DNA of 64,000 bases from UHGV virus genome UHGV-0178594; one strand, written 5' to 3'. Below the pieces are notes generated by a model. It did not search any database. It saw nothing but the letters and a program-made list of their open reading frames with translations, and was not told the origin of the DNA. The DNA is from a virus. Position 1 is the first letter of the stretch. The number at the start of each line of letters is the position of its first letter. The translations under genes and the position numbers were made by a program. Shown here one piece after another: positions 38,707-48,838 of this stretch.

Positions 38707-38874
38707 TTATGCTTTTCTTTTCTTCTTTTGGGCTTGCTTGCAGGCGTAGGCCATTGCTTTAGCTTTCACTTCATCCAGCTTTCCGGTGATCACTTCTTTT
38801 CCGAGAGTGACAAACCAGTCATAGCAACCGCCAGTGATGTTCTGGATTTGAAAGTTGAGGTAGCGAACGGTCAT
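38707..38874 (-). CDS. Small basic protein (55 aa) MTVRYLNFQIQNITGGCYDWFVTLGKEVITGKLDEVKAKAMAYACKQAQKKKRKA
   Basis: Hand-translated; below the ORF-track cutoff. Confidence 0.25.
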   Translation of the reverse strand: MTVRYLNFQIQNITGGCYDWFVTLGKEVITGKLDEVKAKAMAYACKQAQKKKRKA

Positions 38875-39195
38875 TTTGACACCCCCAGCGCGAGTAAAGA
38901 ATGCAGATTATCGCGTGAGTGGCGGACAACGAGTGATGGGAAAAGACAGTAGCTGTTCATAGTGTAGTGACTCCTTGCTTTCGGAGCCGCCATCGACTGT
39001 TCCACGGTCTGGTGGCGGCGCAATAAAGGTTGGAACACCGTGAGTCAACGGGGGCTTTTCAGCCACCTATATTGCACCGCCATTGGTATGGCGGCGGCAA
39101 TCATACGAAAAACCAAACGGTTTGTCTCAAAAAGTTGACCGGTGTACCAATCGGTTGTGAATGTACAACGGCGAATCTCACAATTCAACTTAAAA

Positions 39196-39218
39196 TGTTA
39201 GAAAATTAATTTATCAAT
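39196..39218. promoter_or_regulatory. Operator-like element TGTTAGAAAATTAATTTATCAAT overlapping the ref stop codon
   Basis: Nearly identical to the element overlapping the dre stop codon at 58095. Confidence 0.4.
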
Positions 39219-39823
39219 TCAGTCACCATCTGATACAACGTCATTTCATCAGCATTGTGCCGCCTGAAATCTGCTTTGCCGCCTATTTTTCCATCAGCAT
39301 GAACAGGAACCAACCAGGGGTATTGCTCGCGGATCTCTGCTGGCGCTGCGTGTTGATGGTGCCATTTACACAAAGGGAGGACGTATTTATGCGCGTTCTC
39401 TGCTGTTCTCCCGAAGATGTGGTGCAGGGATACCACAGGGCTATGCTGTCCGTGCATATGGCAGGCAATGCAGGGGAGAGCACCGATGGCAGTTTGTATC
39501 CGGCGCTCATCTGCTGTGAGTGTTCTGCCTTTCAGGCCGCGTGACGCGCGAGTTTTTTTGACAGGAGCAGAAGCGGCCTTCTCTTTTCTTCGCTGTTCAT
39601 ATTGCTTCGCTTTTTCAATTTTCTTTTGCCGATATTCAGGCGATGCGGCTTTTTCTCGCGCACGCTGCTGCTGGCGTTGAGCTTGCTGAAGACGCTTTGC
39701 CCTTTGTTCCTCCCGCCATTTCGGATCAGCCAGTTTTTGCAGGGCTTTTTGTGTCTGTTTCTCCCAATAGCTTTGCTTCATAGAAATACCCGGTTTGTCT
39801 ACATCGCCGCTATGGTTGATCAA
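39206..39823 (-). CDS. ref: Ref-like HNH endonuclease (recombination enhancement function)
   Basis: K/R/Q-rich disordered N-terminal ~80 aa followed by HNH-type core ..CIACHMHG..HHIFGR..CKWHH..; matches the described architecture of P1 Ref. Confidence 0.6.
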   Translation of the reverse strand: MINHSGDVDKPGISMKQSYWEKQTQKALQKLADPKWREEQRAKRLQQAQRQQQRAREKAASPEYRQKKIEKAKQYEQRRKEKAASAPVKKTRASRGLKGRTLTADERRIQTAIGALPCIACHMHGQHSPVVSLHHIFGRTAENAHKYVLPLCKWHHQHAAPAEIREQYPWLVPVHADGKIGGKADFRRHNADEMTLYQMVTELIN

Positions 39824-39825
39824 AT

Positions 39826-39857
39826 GTGTTAGAAAATCAAAATTGATTTTCTAACAC
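39826..39857. promoter_or_regulatory. Near-perfect 32-bp palindrome GTGTTAGAAAATCAAAATTGATTTTCTAACAC directly upstream of ref
   Basis: 15-bp arms are exact reverse complements; 3 bp from the ref start. Confidence 0.55.
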
Positions 39858-39898
39858 AAAATGAAGATACTTTTTTTCAGACGCTATATCAGGAGGTC

Positions 39899-40054
39899 AT
39901 GATGCTTGTCGCAATAAGTGCAATCCACCAGCAATCCGGTACAGAAATTGGGTTGCTATATGCCCTGTTTTTCACTGTCCTGGCGTTGTTTGAGCTGGGC
40001 ATTGAACTCTTTGCTCTCATCAACTTTTGCGTAACGTTCCTGGGGAAACTTTGA
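39899..40054 (+). CDS. Small hydrophobic peptide (51 aa), translationally coupled to the next gene
   Basis: AGGAGG RBS at 39891, ATGATG start, TGATG stop/start overlap at 40052-40056; hand-translated MMLVAISAIHQQSGTEIGLLYALFFTVLALFELGIELFALINFCVTFLGKL. Confidence 0.3.
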   Translation: MMLVAISAIHQQSGTEIGLLYALFFTVLALFELGIELFALINFCVTFLGKL

Positions 40055-40665
40055 TGTCAAAACGCATTATGAAAATTTACATCGCGGGTCCGATGACTGG
40101 TTATCCCGACTACAACCGCACAGCGTTTTTTTCGAAAGCAAAAGAGCTGATGGAGGTAGGGCATATTGTTCTGAATCCGGCGCTGTTACCTGCTGGCCTC
40201 TGCGAGAGCGAATACATGGATATTTGCCTTGCAATGGTGCGTTCGGCTAATGCGGTCTATTTGCTCAAGGGGTGGGAGGAATCAGTTGGCGCTCGTGCAG
40301 AGCACGAGCTGGCTCAAAAGCTGGGGCTGAATGTAATTTATGAGTCACCAACCAACATTGAATGCCAGGTTGCTCCGCATATTTACCGGGAACTGGTCAA
40401 TGCACTGCGTGATATCGCTGCTGTATATCACGGCACAGAACAGCTTCGTGAGCGTTTAGCCCATACCATTTCCTATTACCTGTCTGCATCTCATGAGCAC
40501 AAGCTCCGTCAGAAGGTAATGATCAAATTTATCATGAGGTTATCGAAATCCCTGGCAAACGCCGATCCAAAGAATCCATTACCGAAAGTGGCAATGAATT
40601 ACCTGAAGTCCTGCAACATTGTTTCTGAAGATGGCGTTCTTTTGGTTAGAAGGAGTTCTGCGTGA
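40054..40665 (+). CDS. DUF4406-like (nucleoside 2-deoxyribosyltransferase-like fold) protein
   Basis: N-terminal ..KIYIAGPMTGYPDYNRTAFF..GHIVLNPA.. motif; C-terminal half unassigned. Confidence 0.45.
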   Translation: MSKRIMKIYIAGPMTGYPDYNRTAFFSKAKELMEVGHIVLNPALLPAGLCESEYMDICLAMVRSANAVYLLKGWEESVGARAEHELAQKLGLNVIYESPTNIECQVAPHIYRELVNALRDIAAVYHGTEQLRERLAHTISYYLSASHEHKLRQKVMIKFIMRLSKSLANADPKNPLPKVAMNYLKSCNIVSEDGVLLVRRSSA

Positions 40666-41012
40666 GCTGGCGGGGATGGGGAAGGGCAGAAATCATGATA
40701 CTCCGCCAGTGCGCCGGGACTATGACAGTCGAGGGTATTGGGAGACTGATCGGGCGTACCGGTGGTGCTGTCAGGACTAAAGCGCGGCAATTGCGGATCA
40801 GCATGATTCTGAAAGGTGACTTTCACCAGTCAGCCAAATACCGGCAGAGCGATATAGAGCTGGCGCGGCAGCTTCATCAGTGTGGCGTTCCCCGCCGTGA
40901 GATCGCAGAAAAACTCGAAATGCCCCTGGGCATGATTAATCAGTACGTTTATTTCGAAAGGAGAGTGCATGAAGTCAGAAGGTTTAACGCCCGCACAACT
41001 GGCAGAGCGTAA
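40662..41012 (+). CDS. Hypothetical protein with HTH-like segments
   Basis: 116-aa ORF. Confidence 0.3.
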   Translation: MSWRGWGRAEIMILRQCAGTMTVEGIGRLIGRTGGAVRTKARQLRISMILKGDFHQSAKYRQSDIELARQLHQCGVPRREIAEKLEMPLGMINQYVYFERRVHEVRRFNARTTGRA

Positions 41013-41478
41013 CGCTGAGTATGTAACGGAAATTTCCCGACTTGAGAAAGAGCGCGCGGCGCTGGCGGCAGAGAATGCGACACTGAAGGCGATATGTGAG
41101 GACCGCCGCACGTTCATCATGAATGGCGTGCTGCTTGGTTTTATCCAGATGCCAACAGCGGAAATAGATCCAGCTCTTGAAACAATTCGTGTCGCCCTAT
41201 CACCACAAAATCCTACCCCTGCGACCGACGCTTTCTTGGATGAAATGAAGACTGAAGCACGCAAGGAAGGGGCTTACTTTGTGGCGAACAGAATGTTGGC
41301 TGCCTGGAAAGCTGGTTTTATTGATGATACTGCGAAGAACGCCGCGGATATTGCCCGGATGATTCTTACCTCTACTGATTTTATGGCTAATGCGCCGGAA
41401 GGAGATTTTGACCGCTCATTCTCTGATGGCGTTCTCGAAGATATCGCTGAACAGCTTCGTAAAGGAGTCATCCAGTGA
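40969..41478 (+). CDS. Modular coiled-coil protein, family member 1 (Ea22-like?)
   Basis: Coiled coil ..LEKERAALAAENATLKA..; C-terminus ..[10 protein letters not shown] shared with paralogs. Confidence 0.4.
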   Translation: MKSEGLTPAQLAERNAEYVTEISRLEKERAALAAENATLKAICEDRRTFIMNGVLLGFIQMPTAEIDPALETIRVALSPQNPTPATDAFLDEMKTEARKEGAYFVANRMLAAWKAGFIDDTAKNAADIARMILTSTDFMANAPEGDFDRSFSDGVLEDIAEQLRKGVIQ

Positions 41479-42197
41479 GCGAAATTAATTACCAGGCACT
41501 GCGTGAGGCGGCGGAACGTGCAATTCCAGCAATGGAACGCCTGTTAATGTTGCCAGCTGATGATGATTTGTTAAGTGAACAGGAACTTAAAGATTACGGT
41601 GTGGATATTGATGCGCTCAACGCCTTCAAATTTCTGGCCGGACCAGAAACCGTGCTGGCACTACTGGATGAACGGGAAAGAAACCAGCAATACATCAAAT
41701 CTCGCGACCAGGAGAACGAGGATATTGCGCTAACGGTAGGGAAGCTGTTAATCGAAAACGGTCAGCTTGTTGCCGATACGCTACGCCACTTAGCTGATAA
41801 CGAAATCGACTCTGATTATTTTGCTATCACCTCAACTAATGAGAACGGTACTGAAATTGATCATGAGATGTCTATTACCGATTACGCACTGCAAGCTGCC
41901 GGAACTGTAGACGAATTGGTTGCGGCGCTGGAAGCCGCAAAATCAAAACTCAACGAGCAGCGTGAATATTACGAGGGAGTAATCGCGGATGGAAGTAAGC
42001 GCATAGCAGAGTTAGAAAGTGGTTCTCAGGCACAAAAGTTAGTTGAAGCAATCATTGTTGCGATAGAAAACGAACAGGAACGTCTTTTTGATGAAGATTA
42101 CCTAATGGATTCGAAAGAATGCATTGACGTAATTCGTGAAGAAGTAAAGCGATGGAATGATTCCCGCGCCGCTGGCATTCGCATCAAAGGAGAGTGA
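41475..42197 (+). CDS. Modular coiled-coil protein, family member 2
   Basis: GTG start inside the GTGA junction; N-terminus [13 protein letters not shown] shared with 47610. Confidence 0.4.
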   Translation: MSEINYQALREAAERAIPAMERLLMLPADDDLLSEQELKDYGVDIDALNAFKFLAGPETVLALLDERERNQQYIKSRDQENEDIALTVGKLLIENGQLVADTLRHLADNEIDSDYFAITSTNENGTEIDHEMSITDYALQAAGTVDELVAALEAAKSKLNEQREYYEGVIADGSKRIAELESGSQAQKLVEAIIVAIENEQERLFDEDYLMDSKECIDVIREEVKRWNDSRAAGIRIKGE

Positions 42198-42198
42198 G

Positions 42199-42522
42199 AT
42201 GACCACATCGCATTCTGCAATCACCCAGGAAAAAGTATTTCGCTTGCTCGAACGTCTGGAGGCGCTCGCCACGGAGGAGGATATATCCCCGGAGATGCTG
42301 GTCGAGTGCAGCCGTGTGATATTGCGTCGCAAGAACGACATCGCGCGGCTGACATCTGGCGCACAATCCGTATCAGCCAGTCCAACGCTTTATTGCAGCT
42401 TCTGCAACAAATCCCAGCACACCGTTAAAAAGTTAATTGCCGGGGACAACGTTTTCATCTGCAACGAGTGCGTGAAAGATTGCAACAACATTATCCAGGA
42501 AGAGCAAAGGGAATCAGCATGA
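42199..42522 (+). CDS. Small protein with C-terminal ClpX-type C4 zinc-binding domain
   Basis: ..[39 protein letters not shown].. closely matches the remembered N-terminal zinc-binding domain of E. coli ClpX; no AAA+ module follows. Confidence 0.55.
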   Translation: MTTSHSAITQEKVFRLLERLEALATEEDISPEMLVECSRVILRRKNDIARLTSGAQSVSASPTLYCSFCNKSQHTVKKLIAGDNVFICNECVKDCNNIIQEEQRESA

Positions 42523-43229
42523 AATTTTCCAAATTCTCGGAGTTGGTGAATCGTATTTTGTCCAACAACCACAGCCATCGTCGCGATATGGATGTAACGA
42601 TCGTTGTTCATTCGCCTGGTCGCATCGGTTCAACACCATCAGTTGAGGTTCAGTCAATTCAGGTGGGTTTTGATTGGGATGCCGGGAAAGTGCTGATTTT
42701 CCCAGCACAGCCACTGACCACGCTAACACCAGAACAGATTACTGATATTACGGATAGTGTGCGCAAAGGTCAGTCTTGGCACGCATATCAGGAATACAAG
42801 AAGCATAAAGAGCAGTTGGAAAAATTGTCGATTGAACTGGATGCTGCAAGACGGCGCATTACAGAACTGGAGAGCGAACGCGCGGTGCTGGCGGCGGAGA
42901 ATGCGGAGCTGAAGTCTGTGCACCCTCAACCATTCGGAGCTGAGATGATGAAGGCTCTTGATGCGTATGAGAAGCATCAGGATGAAGTGCCAGAGACTGG
43001 AATGCTCAATGCATTTTTCATCTTGCGCGACAGTATCCGTGTTGACACCCCAGCCACCGATGCTTTCCTGGCTGAAGTACGTGCGCAGGGCGTGGATATG
43101 GCTCGTAACGCGATGATTGATTTTGTCGATGGTGAAGTTGGGCCAAACAAGAACGTTCCGGGGCTGATTAGAGGCGCAGAGATATGCGTAAGTATTGCTG
43201 AACAGCTTCGCAAAGGAGGCAGCCAGTGA
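42519..43229 (+). CDS. Modular coiled-coil protein, family member 3
   Basis: ..[18 protein letters not shown]..; C-terminus ..[10 protein letters not shown]; ATGA overlap with the previous gene. Confidence 0.4.
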   Translation: MKFSKFSELVNRILSNNHSHRRDMDVTIVVHSPGRIGSTPSVEVQSIQVGFDWDAGKVLIFPAQPLTTLTPEQITDITDSVRKGQSWHAYQEYKKHKEQLEKLSIELDAARRRITELESERAVLAAENAELKSVHPQPFGAEMMKALDAYEKHQDEVPETGMLNAFFILRDSIRVDTPATDAFLAEVRAQGVDMARNAMIDFVDGEVGPNKNVPGLIRGAEICVSIAEQLRKGGSQ

Positions 43230-43501
43230 ATATCGACACGACAATAACGATCGATACGCTCCTAAATACCGGTCTGGCACTTCTCGGTTGGCTTTACATC
43301 ATGTCCCGTACATGGCGATGGCTGGGTTCCATTTTCCTAAAACAGTGGAAAAAACGGCGCAAACAGGAACTACGTCAGAAGGCATTAGAAGCGTTCTATG
43401 ACGCATTTGAGCTTAGCCGCATTGAACCAGGTACAACAGCCAGGATAGCGACAAAAGGCGACCTGATGATAGTGATGTTCAGACAGGAGAAAACAAAATG
43501 A
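43226..43501 (+). CDS. Small membrane protein
   Basis: 91 aa with one TM segment (LALLGWLYIM); GTGA junction start. Confidence 0.3.
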   Translation: MNIDTTITIDTLLNTGLALLGWLYIMSRTWRWLGSIFLKQWKKRRKQELRQKALEAFYDAFELSRIEPGTTARIATKGDLMIVMFRQEKTK

Positions 43502-43722
43502 CAGAACAGACGATGACAAATCGCGAACTTGTTGATGCCGCGATTGAACTTGCTGGCGATTTTTATTCCATGTTGGGTTACGAGCATCGACCTGGTTTTA
43601 AGTATTGGGAGTCACCGCATCCGCAAGAACAACAGGTGTTTGAAATGGCCTGCCGTGCTTTTGAGGTTATTCGCGGTTCTGATGTGATGGAGGCCGTTGC
43701 CGACTTGGAGGATGAAGAGTGA
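43498..43722 (+). CDS. Hypothetical protein
   Basis: 74-aa ORF, 4-bp overlaps on both sides. Confidence 0.3.
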   Translation: MTEQTMTNRELVDAAIELAGDFYSMLGYEHRPGFKYWESPHPQEQQVFEMACRAFEVIRGSDVMEAVADLEDEE

Positions 43723-44030
43723 GCATCATTAAAGAAATGCCGGTAGAACGTGATGAATATGGCTGCTGGACACATCCGGAGTATGAAAAGTTTTGCGCAG
43801 GTCGTGAATATATATCCACTGAGGAATTTGACGCCTGGATGAAGGAAAATAATCTTCAGTGGACTATTCGCAGTATGGATGAAGATCATTTTAATCTGGA
43901 CGCAGATGGTCCCGATATTGCCGCCTGGGAACCAGAGCGACCAGAGGGCGAAGGATGGTTTGTTGGCTCTATTCATGACACTGAAGATGGCCCGGTTTGT
44001 ATCTGGCTGCGGGAGAAGGTTGCCGCATGA
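43719..44030 (+). CDS. Hypothetical protein
   Basis: 103-aa ORF. Confidence 0.3.
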   Translation: MSIIKEMPVERDEYGCWTHPEYEKFCAGREYISTEEFDAWMKENNLQWTIRSMDEDHFNLDADGPDIAAWEPERPEGEGWFVGSIHDTEDGPVCIWLREKVAA

Positions 44031-44713
44031 CCCAGGCGCTGCATGAAGTGAATTTATATAGCCGTATTGATGGTTCAGGCTACAGAAACATATGGGTTGT
44101 TGGTGATCTGCATGGTTGCTACACCAGATTGATGTCTGAACTTCATCGTGTGGACTTTGACCCGACACAGGATTTACTGATATCGGTTGGCGACCTTATC
44201 GATCGCGGCACCGAAAATGTTGAATGCCTGGAGCTATTGCAGATGCCCTGGTTTCGGTCGGTTATGGGAAACCACGAGCGATTAATGATCGATGCGTTAA
44301 GCCCCGCAGGCAACGTGAATAACTGGCTAATGAATGGCGGCCAATGGTTCTTCATGCTGGACGCTGATCGGGAAATATTAGCCAGGGCGCTGGTGGAGCT
44401 GGTAAAGCGTCTGCCCTATATCATTGAGTTGAACACCGGGCATGAAACTATCGTTATAGCCCATGCCGACTATCCTGATAACGAATACCAGTTTGGTAAA
44501 CCTGTTAGCGATCTCAATGTTACCTGGCGGCGTGAGCGATTTTATGACGCGGTTGATGGTGTTGGTGGAATGATCACTGGTGCAGATAGCTTTATTTTCG
44601 GGCATACGCCAGTAAACAGCCCGAAATCTTTCTGGAACCAGCACTACATAGACACTGGCGCGGTTTTTTGCGGAAATCTGACGCTAAAGCAGGTGAAGGG
44701 AGGCCAGCCGTAA
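44027..44713 (+). CDS. Ser/Thr protein phosphatase (calcineurin-like metallophosphatase, lambda PPase-like)
   Basis: Motifs ..VVGDLHGC.., ..GDLIDRG.., ..GNHE..; start at ATG 44027 inside the listed 43997 ORF. Confidence 0.75.
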   Translation: MTQALHEVNLYSRIDGSGYRNIWVVGDLHGCYTRLMSELHRVDFDPTQDLLISVGDLIDRGTENVECLELLQMPWFRSVMGNHERLMIDALSPAGNVNNWLMNGGQWFFMLDADREILARALVELVKRLPYIIELNTGHETIVIAHADYPDNEYQFGKPVSDLNVTWRRERFYDAVDGVGGMITGADSFIFGHTPVNSPKSFWNQHYIDTGAVFCGNLTLKQVKGGQP

Positions 44714-44744
44714 TCCTGAACACATCGTTTATGCACTCAAAACC

Positions 44745-44775
44745 GTGTTAGAATATTGATTTTAATTTTCTAACA
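44745..44775. promoter_or_regulatory. Operator-like palindrome GTGTTAGAATATTGATTTTAATTTTCTAACA upstream of the 44818 gene
   Basis: Member of the recurring motif family. Confidence 0.45.
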
Positions 44776-44817
44776 TATTATTTTACCGCTCGGAACAAAA
44801 CAGAGTCGGTATACATT

Positions 44818-45813
44818 ATGAGTGCAATAATCACACCTCATTTCGTAAACGGAGCTGGTGTGGCTGTCTTTCCGGTAGACAAGCCCACCAGCAACTACAT
44901 TGGCGCAGGTCGCCGTTTCATTATCTCTCCACTTCCGCGCGAACAGGCTGAAAACACGCCAGATGGCGTAGTGGATCTGAACTATTCGCTGGTTGCCAAC
45001 CAGTCTCTGAAAGCATTTTTTCAAAGCGAGCGCGTATTTAACGCATTAGGCGGTGAAGATTCGCTTGTTCATTGGGTAAGTTCCAATATCCACGATTGCC
45101 AGGCGCACGATAAGCGCGATTGCAGCCACCAGCTAACCACTCATTTCTATAACGGCTCTGCCGTTCGCCTGTGCTGGAAGCATGATGCGGAATACATGAT
45201 GAAGGGGTACGGCAAGCTGGATGACCAGTTATCCCTAAATCGTGCCAACTGGGTTATGAACTGGGCTGCGAGCGAGTTAAAACTACCGCCAGAACGCGAT
45301 CTGAGCATGGTTGAACTCACTTTTTGGGCCATTCGCCGGAATCTGAAAGACGAGCTGCCAGATGAAGCCGGTCGCATTGCATTTTGTCAGCCAAAACAGG
45401 AAATCCCTACCGGCACACTGAAAGAATCGGATATCACCTGGGAGCACAGCACCCGTGAGCTGGTGGACATAACCGCAGAGCAGATCGTCAACCTGTCTGT
45501 AGATGAGGATTCCGGCCTGCTGTATATGCGCCGACCAAAAGCGGTTCTCGGTAAAAGCCCGGCTTATCTCCGGTTTGTGATTTCTCGTCCGTGCATCGGA
45601 TGCGGAGGCAAAGTTAATCACCCGTTCATGTACCGCGCCCGCTCGTTAAACGAACACGATCGCTGGGCCGTTCCTCTTTGCGATGAATGCGCCAGAAGCG
45701 CAGAAAACGATGTCCGGGCATGGGAAAAAGCACATGGCATACGCCTTTACGTAGCCGCCAACCAGCTTTTCGACTTCGCCATCGAGCGCGGAGTGATCAC
45801 GTTCAATAACTGA
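44818..45813 (+). CDS. Hypothetical protein with C-terminal Cys cluster
   Basis: 331 aa; ..RPCIGCGGKVNH..VPLCDEC.. Confidence 0.35.
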   Translation: MSAIITPHFVNGAGVAVFPVDKPTSNYIGAGRRFIISPLPREQAENTPDGVVDLNYSLVANQSLKAFFQSERVFNALGGEDSLVHWVSSNIHDCQAHDKRDCSHQLTTHFYNGSAVRLCWKHDAEYMMKGYGKLDDQLSLNRANWVMNWAASELKLPPERDLSMVELTFWAIRRNLKDELPDEAGRIAFCQPKQEIPTGTLKESDITWEHSTRELVDITAEQIVNLSVDEDSGLLYMRRPKAVLGKSPAYLRFVISRPCIGCGGKVNHPFMYRARSLNEHDRWAVPLCDECARSAENDVRAWEKAHGIRLYVAANQLFDFAIERGVITFNN

Positions 45814-45817
45814 TGGA

Positions 45818-46396
45818 GTGGATCAAAAAATGAAAGAACGCGGGATGATTTTTAACGATGAGATGGTCCGGGCAATTCTTGGCGGGAATAAAACACAGAC
45901 TCGCAGGATTGTTGAAGAAAAATTCTATGGACGAGCAGTTGCCGCAGAGTTGCTTGCCAAGCATTGTCCATATGGTCAACCGGGCGATCGTATTTGGGTT
46001 CGCGAAACCTACCGGGTACATGGCAAAGCGACGGACGTCGCAACGCTGGTTTATCGCGCAAGCGTGCGTAACTCCTGGACAGAACAAACGCACCGGGTTC
46101 CGGTCGATGTTTGTAATAAACCAGTATCAGAAAAGTGGACGCCATCAATTCACATGCCGCGCTGGGCATCGCGCATTCTTCTGGAAATTACCGACGTGCG
46201 TGTGGAACGGCTGCATGACATGAGCGAGGCAGATGCTAAAGCAGAAGGCGCAACTCCGGCGACGTACAAGATTACGCCACCTGAAGCTGTTTATCGCGTT
46301 GGTTTTGGTGATATCTGGCGCAGTATTTACGGGCAGGATAACTGGCTATCTAACCCGTGGGTATGGGTAATCGAGTTTAAGCGCATTCAGGAATAA
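45818..46396 (+). CDS. ASCH-like prophage protein
   Basis: N-terminal ..MIFNDEMVRAILGGNKTQTRR.. signature common in enterobacterial prophage proteins. Confidence 0.4.
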   Translation: MDQKMKERGMIFNDEMVRAILGGNKTQTRRIVEEKFYGRAVAAELLAKHCPYGQPGDRIWVRETYRVHGKATDVATLVYRASVRNSWTEQTHRVPVDVCNKPVSEKWTPSIHMPRWASRILLEITDVRVERLHDMSEADAKAEGATPATYKITPPEAVYRVGFGDIWRSIYGQDNWLSNPWVWVIEFKRIQE

Positions 46397-46479
46397 ACCG
46401 TGAGTATGCATCAAATCGTCAGTTTTTCAGGTGGACGAGCATCGGCCTGTCTCGTTCATCTGTTCGAAGAGGTAGTGGA

Positions 46480-46683
46480 ATGACAATCGTAAAAACCCAT
46501 ACCGGTACCGTGATCACCAAAGATGGCCCGCAGGTAAAAAAACTGCACCAAACAGAGCGGATGTGGGTCGTTGGCAAAAACGAGTTTTACCACAAAGAAA
46601 CTGGACGCCGCCATTTTGCAGAAAATACGCGCCGCCGACTGCTGTTAGACACCATCAAGCCTATCGAGGTGAAGCATGTTTAA
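46480..46683 (+). CDS. Hypothetical small protein
   Basis: 67-aa ORF. Confidence 0.3.
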   Translation: MTIVKTHTGTVITKDGPQVKKLHQTERMWVVGKNEFYHKETGRRHFAENTRRRLLLDTIKPIEVKHV

Positions 46684-46915
46684 ACAGAACGAAAAAGCTA
46701 TCGCTCAAATTGCTGATTATATCCCGCGTGCGTGCCGAGGTATGCAGTTGCAGGAAGCCAAAGCGCGCCTGGAGAAAAAAATTGCGCTCTATATTGATGA
46801 CGGCTGTGATGCCGCCGTTCTTAACGCGGCGTTCGCACCAGCTCTTAACCGTCATACTCGGGAGTCTTTTTTTTCGTGCATCGCAGCGCAACTCCGCAAA
46901 GGAGGCAACCAGTGA
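46676..46915 (+). CDS. Small protein sharing the family C-terminus ..AAQLRKGGNQ
   Basis: 79 aa; ends in the GTGA junction. Confidence 0.35.
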   Translation: MFKQNEKAIAQIADYIPRACRGMQLQEAKARLEKKIALYIDDGCDAAVLNAAFAPALNRHTRESFFSCIAAQLRKGGNQ

Positions 46916-47178
46916 GTGAGTCAAAATGCCAAATTAATGGCAACAAGATAGAACCGTGCGCGGCGTTGACGCAATCCCTGGAACATGACGCTGAATACAC
47001 GACGCGAAAAGGTCTGCTGAAATACAAAATCTATAACCATGCATTAATTCATTCACAAGACCTGATCATGCTGCGGTCAGGCGAGTTTTCTAAATCGCCG
47101 ATTCGAATTTCATTTTGCCCGTTCTGTGGTGAAAGTCTGAAAACGTGGGAAGCGGAGGCAACCAGTGATCAAAATTAA
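46912..47178 (+). CDS. Small protein with CPFCG zinc-ribbon-like motif
   Basis: GTG start in the GTGA junction. Confidence 0.3.
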   Translation: MSESKCQINGNKIEPCAALTQSLEHDAEYTTRKGLLKYKIYNHALIHSQDLIMLRSGEFSKSPIRISFCPFCGESLKTWEAEATSDQN

Positions 47179-47623
47179 CTATCAAGAACTGCGCGAGGCG
47201 GCGGAACAGGCAACGCAAGATGAATGGGTAGCATATATTTTGCCGGGTCATAACGGCATTTATCCTGCGCGCACGTCTGAGGGTAGGCATTGCGGATACT
47301 TTATTGACTGGCCTGGTATTGATGGGCTGAGAAACGCTGGTGCCAATGCCCGTTATATCGCGGCTATCCCACCAAAAGTTGCTCTGGCGCTACTGGGCGA
47401 AATTAAGCGCCTGGAAGACGCAAATATTGATGCCATGTGCCGAATTGCAGAACTGGAGAGCAATCGCGCGACGCTGGCGGCGGAGCAGCGTATTCAGATT
47501 GCAATAAATGAACTGGTTGCTCTGGCCCCGCGCCTGGATAAACGAGCGATGGATGCACTCTCTGTGACTGTGGTGCACCTGTATAAACTGATTAATAAGG
47601 AGGCAACCAGTGAGCGAAATTAA
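47165..47623 (+). CDS. Modular coiled-coil protein, family member 4
   Basis: N-terminus IKINYQELREAAEQ; ..ELESNRATLAAEQ.. Confidence 0.4.
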   Translation: MIKINYQELREAAEQATQDEWVAYILPGHNGIYPARTSEGRHCGYFIDWPGIDGLRNAGANARYIAAIPPKVALALLGEIKRLEDANIDAMCRIAELESNRATLAAEQRIQIAINELVALAPRLDKRAMDALSVTVVHLYKLINKEATSERN

Positions 47624-48308
47624 TTACCAGGCACTGCGTGAGGCGGCAGTGAAAGCAACGTGGGGAGACTGGGACTCATATAAACCACACCGTGGCGCAC
47701 GTGGTTATGAGGTCCGACTAAGTAGTCAGGCCATTGCGCAACACGTTCTGAAAAACAACGCTGAATTTATTGCTGCCTTTAATCCCAAGGTTGCTTTGGC
47801 ACTACTGGATGAGATCAACGCATTAGAGGAAACGCGTATCAACGATGTTTGCCGTATTGTGGAACTAACAAAACAACTGGAGTCGGCAAAATCAAAACTC
47901 AACGAGCAGCGCGAGCATTACGAGGGAGTAATCGCGGATGGAGGTAAGCGCATAGCAGAACTGGAAAAACAATGCGCTGAATCGGAGCGAAAAGCATTAA
48001 GCAACTTTGAAGAGTGTGCTGCGATGGCTGAACGTATCGAAGAGTTGGAGCAGGCCAACACAAGACAGGACGCCAATATAAACCACCAGCAGGAGGGCGT
48101 GACTCAATCAGTCACCCGATACATATATCACTACAACGCAGTGAATGGTTCTGACTCTATGTCTGGAATTGCGCGGTTAACTTTCATGATCAAATCACAA
48201 TCTGACCTTGACGCACTTAAAAGCGCACTTAGCAAGGTTGGTGGTTTCCGTGCAAAAGCAATTACATCTCTTTCATATCTTGGGTGTGAGGAAGATAGCA
48301 AACGATGA
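47610..48308 (+). CDS. Modular coiled-coil protein, family member 5
   Basis: N-terminus [12 protein letters not shown]; ..[27 protein letters not shown].. nearly identical to a segment in 41475-42197. Confidence 0.4.
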   Translation: MSEINYQALREAAVKATWGDWDSYKPHRGARGYEVRLSSQAIAQHVLKNNAEFIAAFNPKVALALLDEINALEETRINDVCRIVELTKQLESAKSKLNEQREHYEGVIADGGKRIAELEKQCAESERKALSNFEECAAMAERIEELEQANTRQDANINHQQEGVTQSVTRYIYHYNAVNGSDSMSGIARLTFMIKSQSDLDALKSALSKVGGFRAKAITSLSYLGCEEDSKR

Positions 48309-48838
48309 AAGAAGGATTTAAAGATAATTCAGGTGCAGCGCAAAACACTGGAGAAATCATTGAGGCATTTAATGGGGAGGAAATGCCCACTTTATTCAGA
48401 AAAGAATATCCGCGAAAGAGTAGAGCACTAGAATTGCTGTTTATCATTCTGTTTTTCGTGTTGCTGATACCAATAGCCTCAATATTAGTGACTGTTCTAA
48501 TGGGGAAAGTATTTGAACCGTTAGTTGAACTGTATATCGATATAGTGTGGACCCCATTCAGGAAGCTACACAATAAAATTAACCCACATAAGGAAACAGA
48601 TATGGCAACTTTGAAAAAAGAAGATCGTTTTACCAAAAAACAAATCGCCGAGGCAAAAATCCTCGATAACAACGGAACCTACTTCATCAACGGTTCCATT
48701 CTTCCTGTTTATATCAATGAAGATGGAGACACTTACCTTATTGAAGAGTACGAAAAAGGCGAGCCGAGCGAACACCTCATTAAAGATTTGTTCGCGGATG
48801 GCGTTATTGTTGCTGTTAATCCGATTGGCTACAACTAA
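48305..48838 (+). CDS. AT-rich membrane protein
   Basis: 177 aa; TM stretch ALELLFIILFFVLLIPIASILVTVLMG. Confidence 0.3.
   Translation: MKEGFKDNSGAAQNTGEIIEAFNGEEMPTLFRKEYPRKSRALELLFIILFFVLLIPIASILVTVLMGKVFEPLVELYIDIVWTPFRKLHNKINPHKETDMATLKKEDRFTKKQIAEAKILDNNGTYFINGSILPVYINEDGDTYLIEEYEKGEPSEHLIKDLFADGVIVAVNPIGYN

Noticed and set aside
38840-38850. GGATTTGAA (complement TTCAAATCC), tRNA T-loop-like
   Set aside because: Flanking sequence does not form a T-stem and the segment lies inside a plausible small coding ORF
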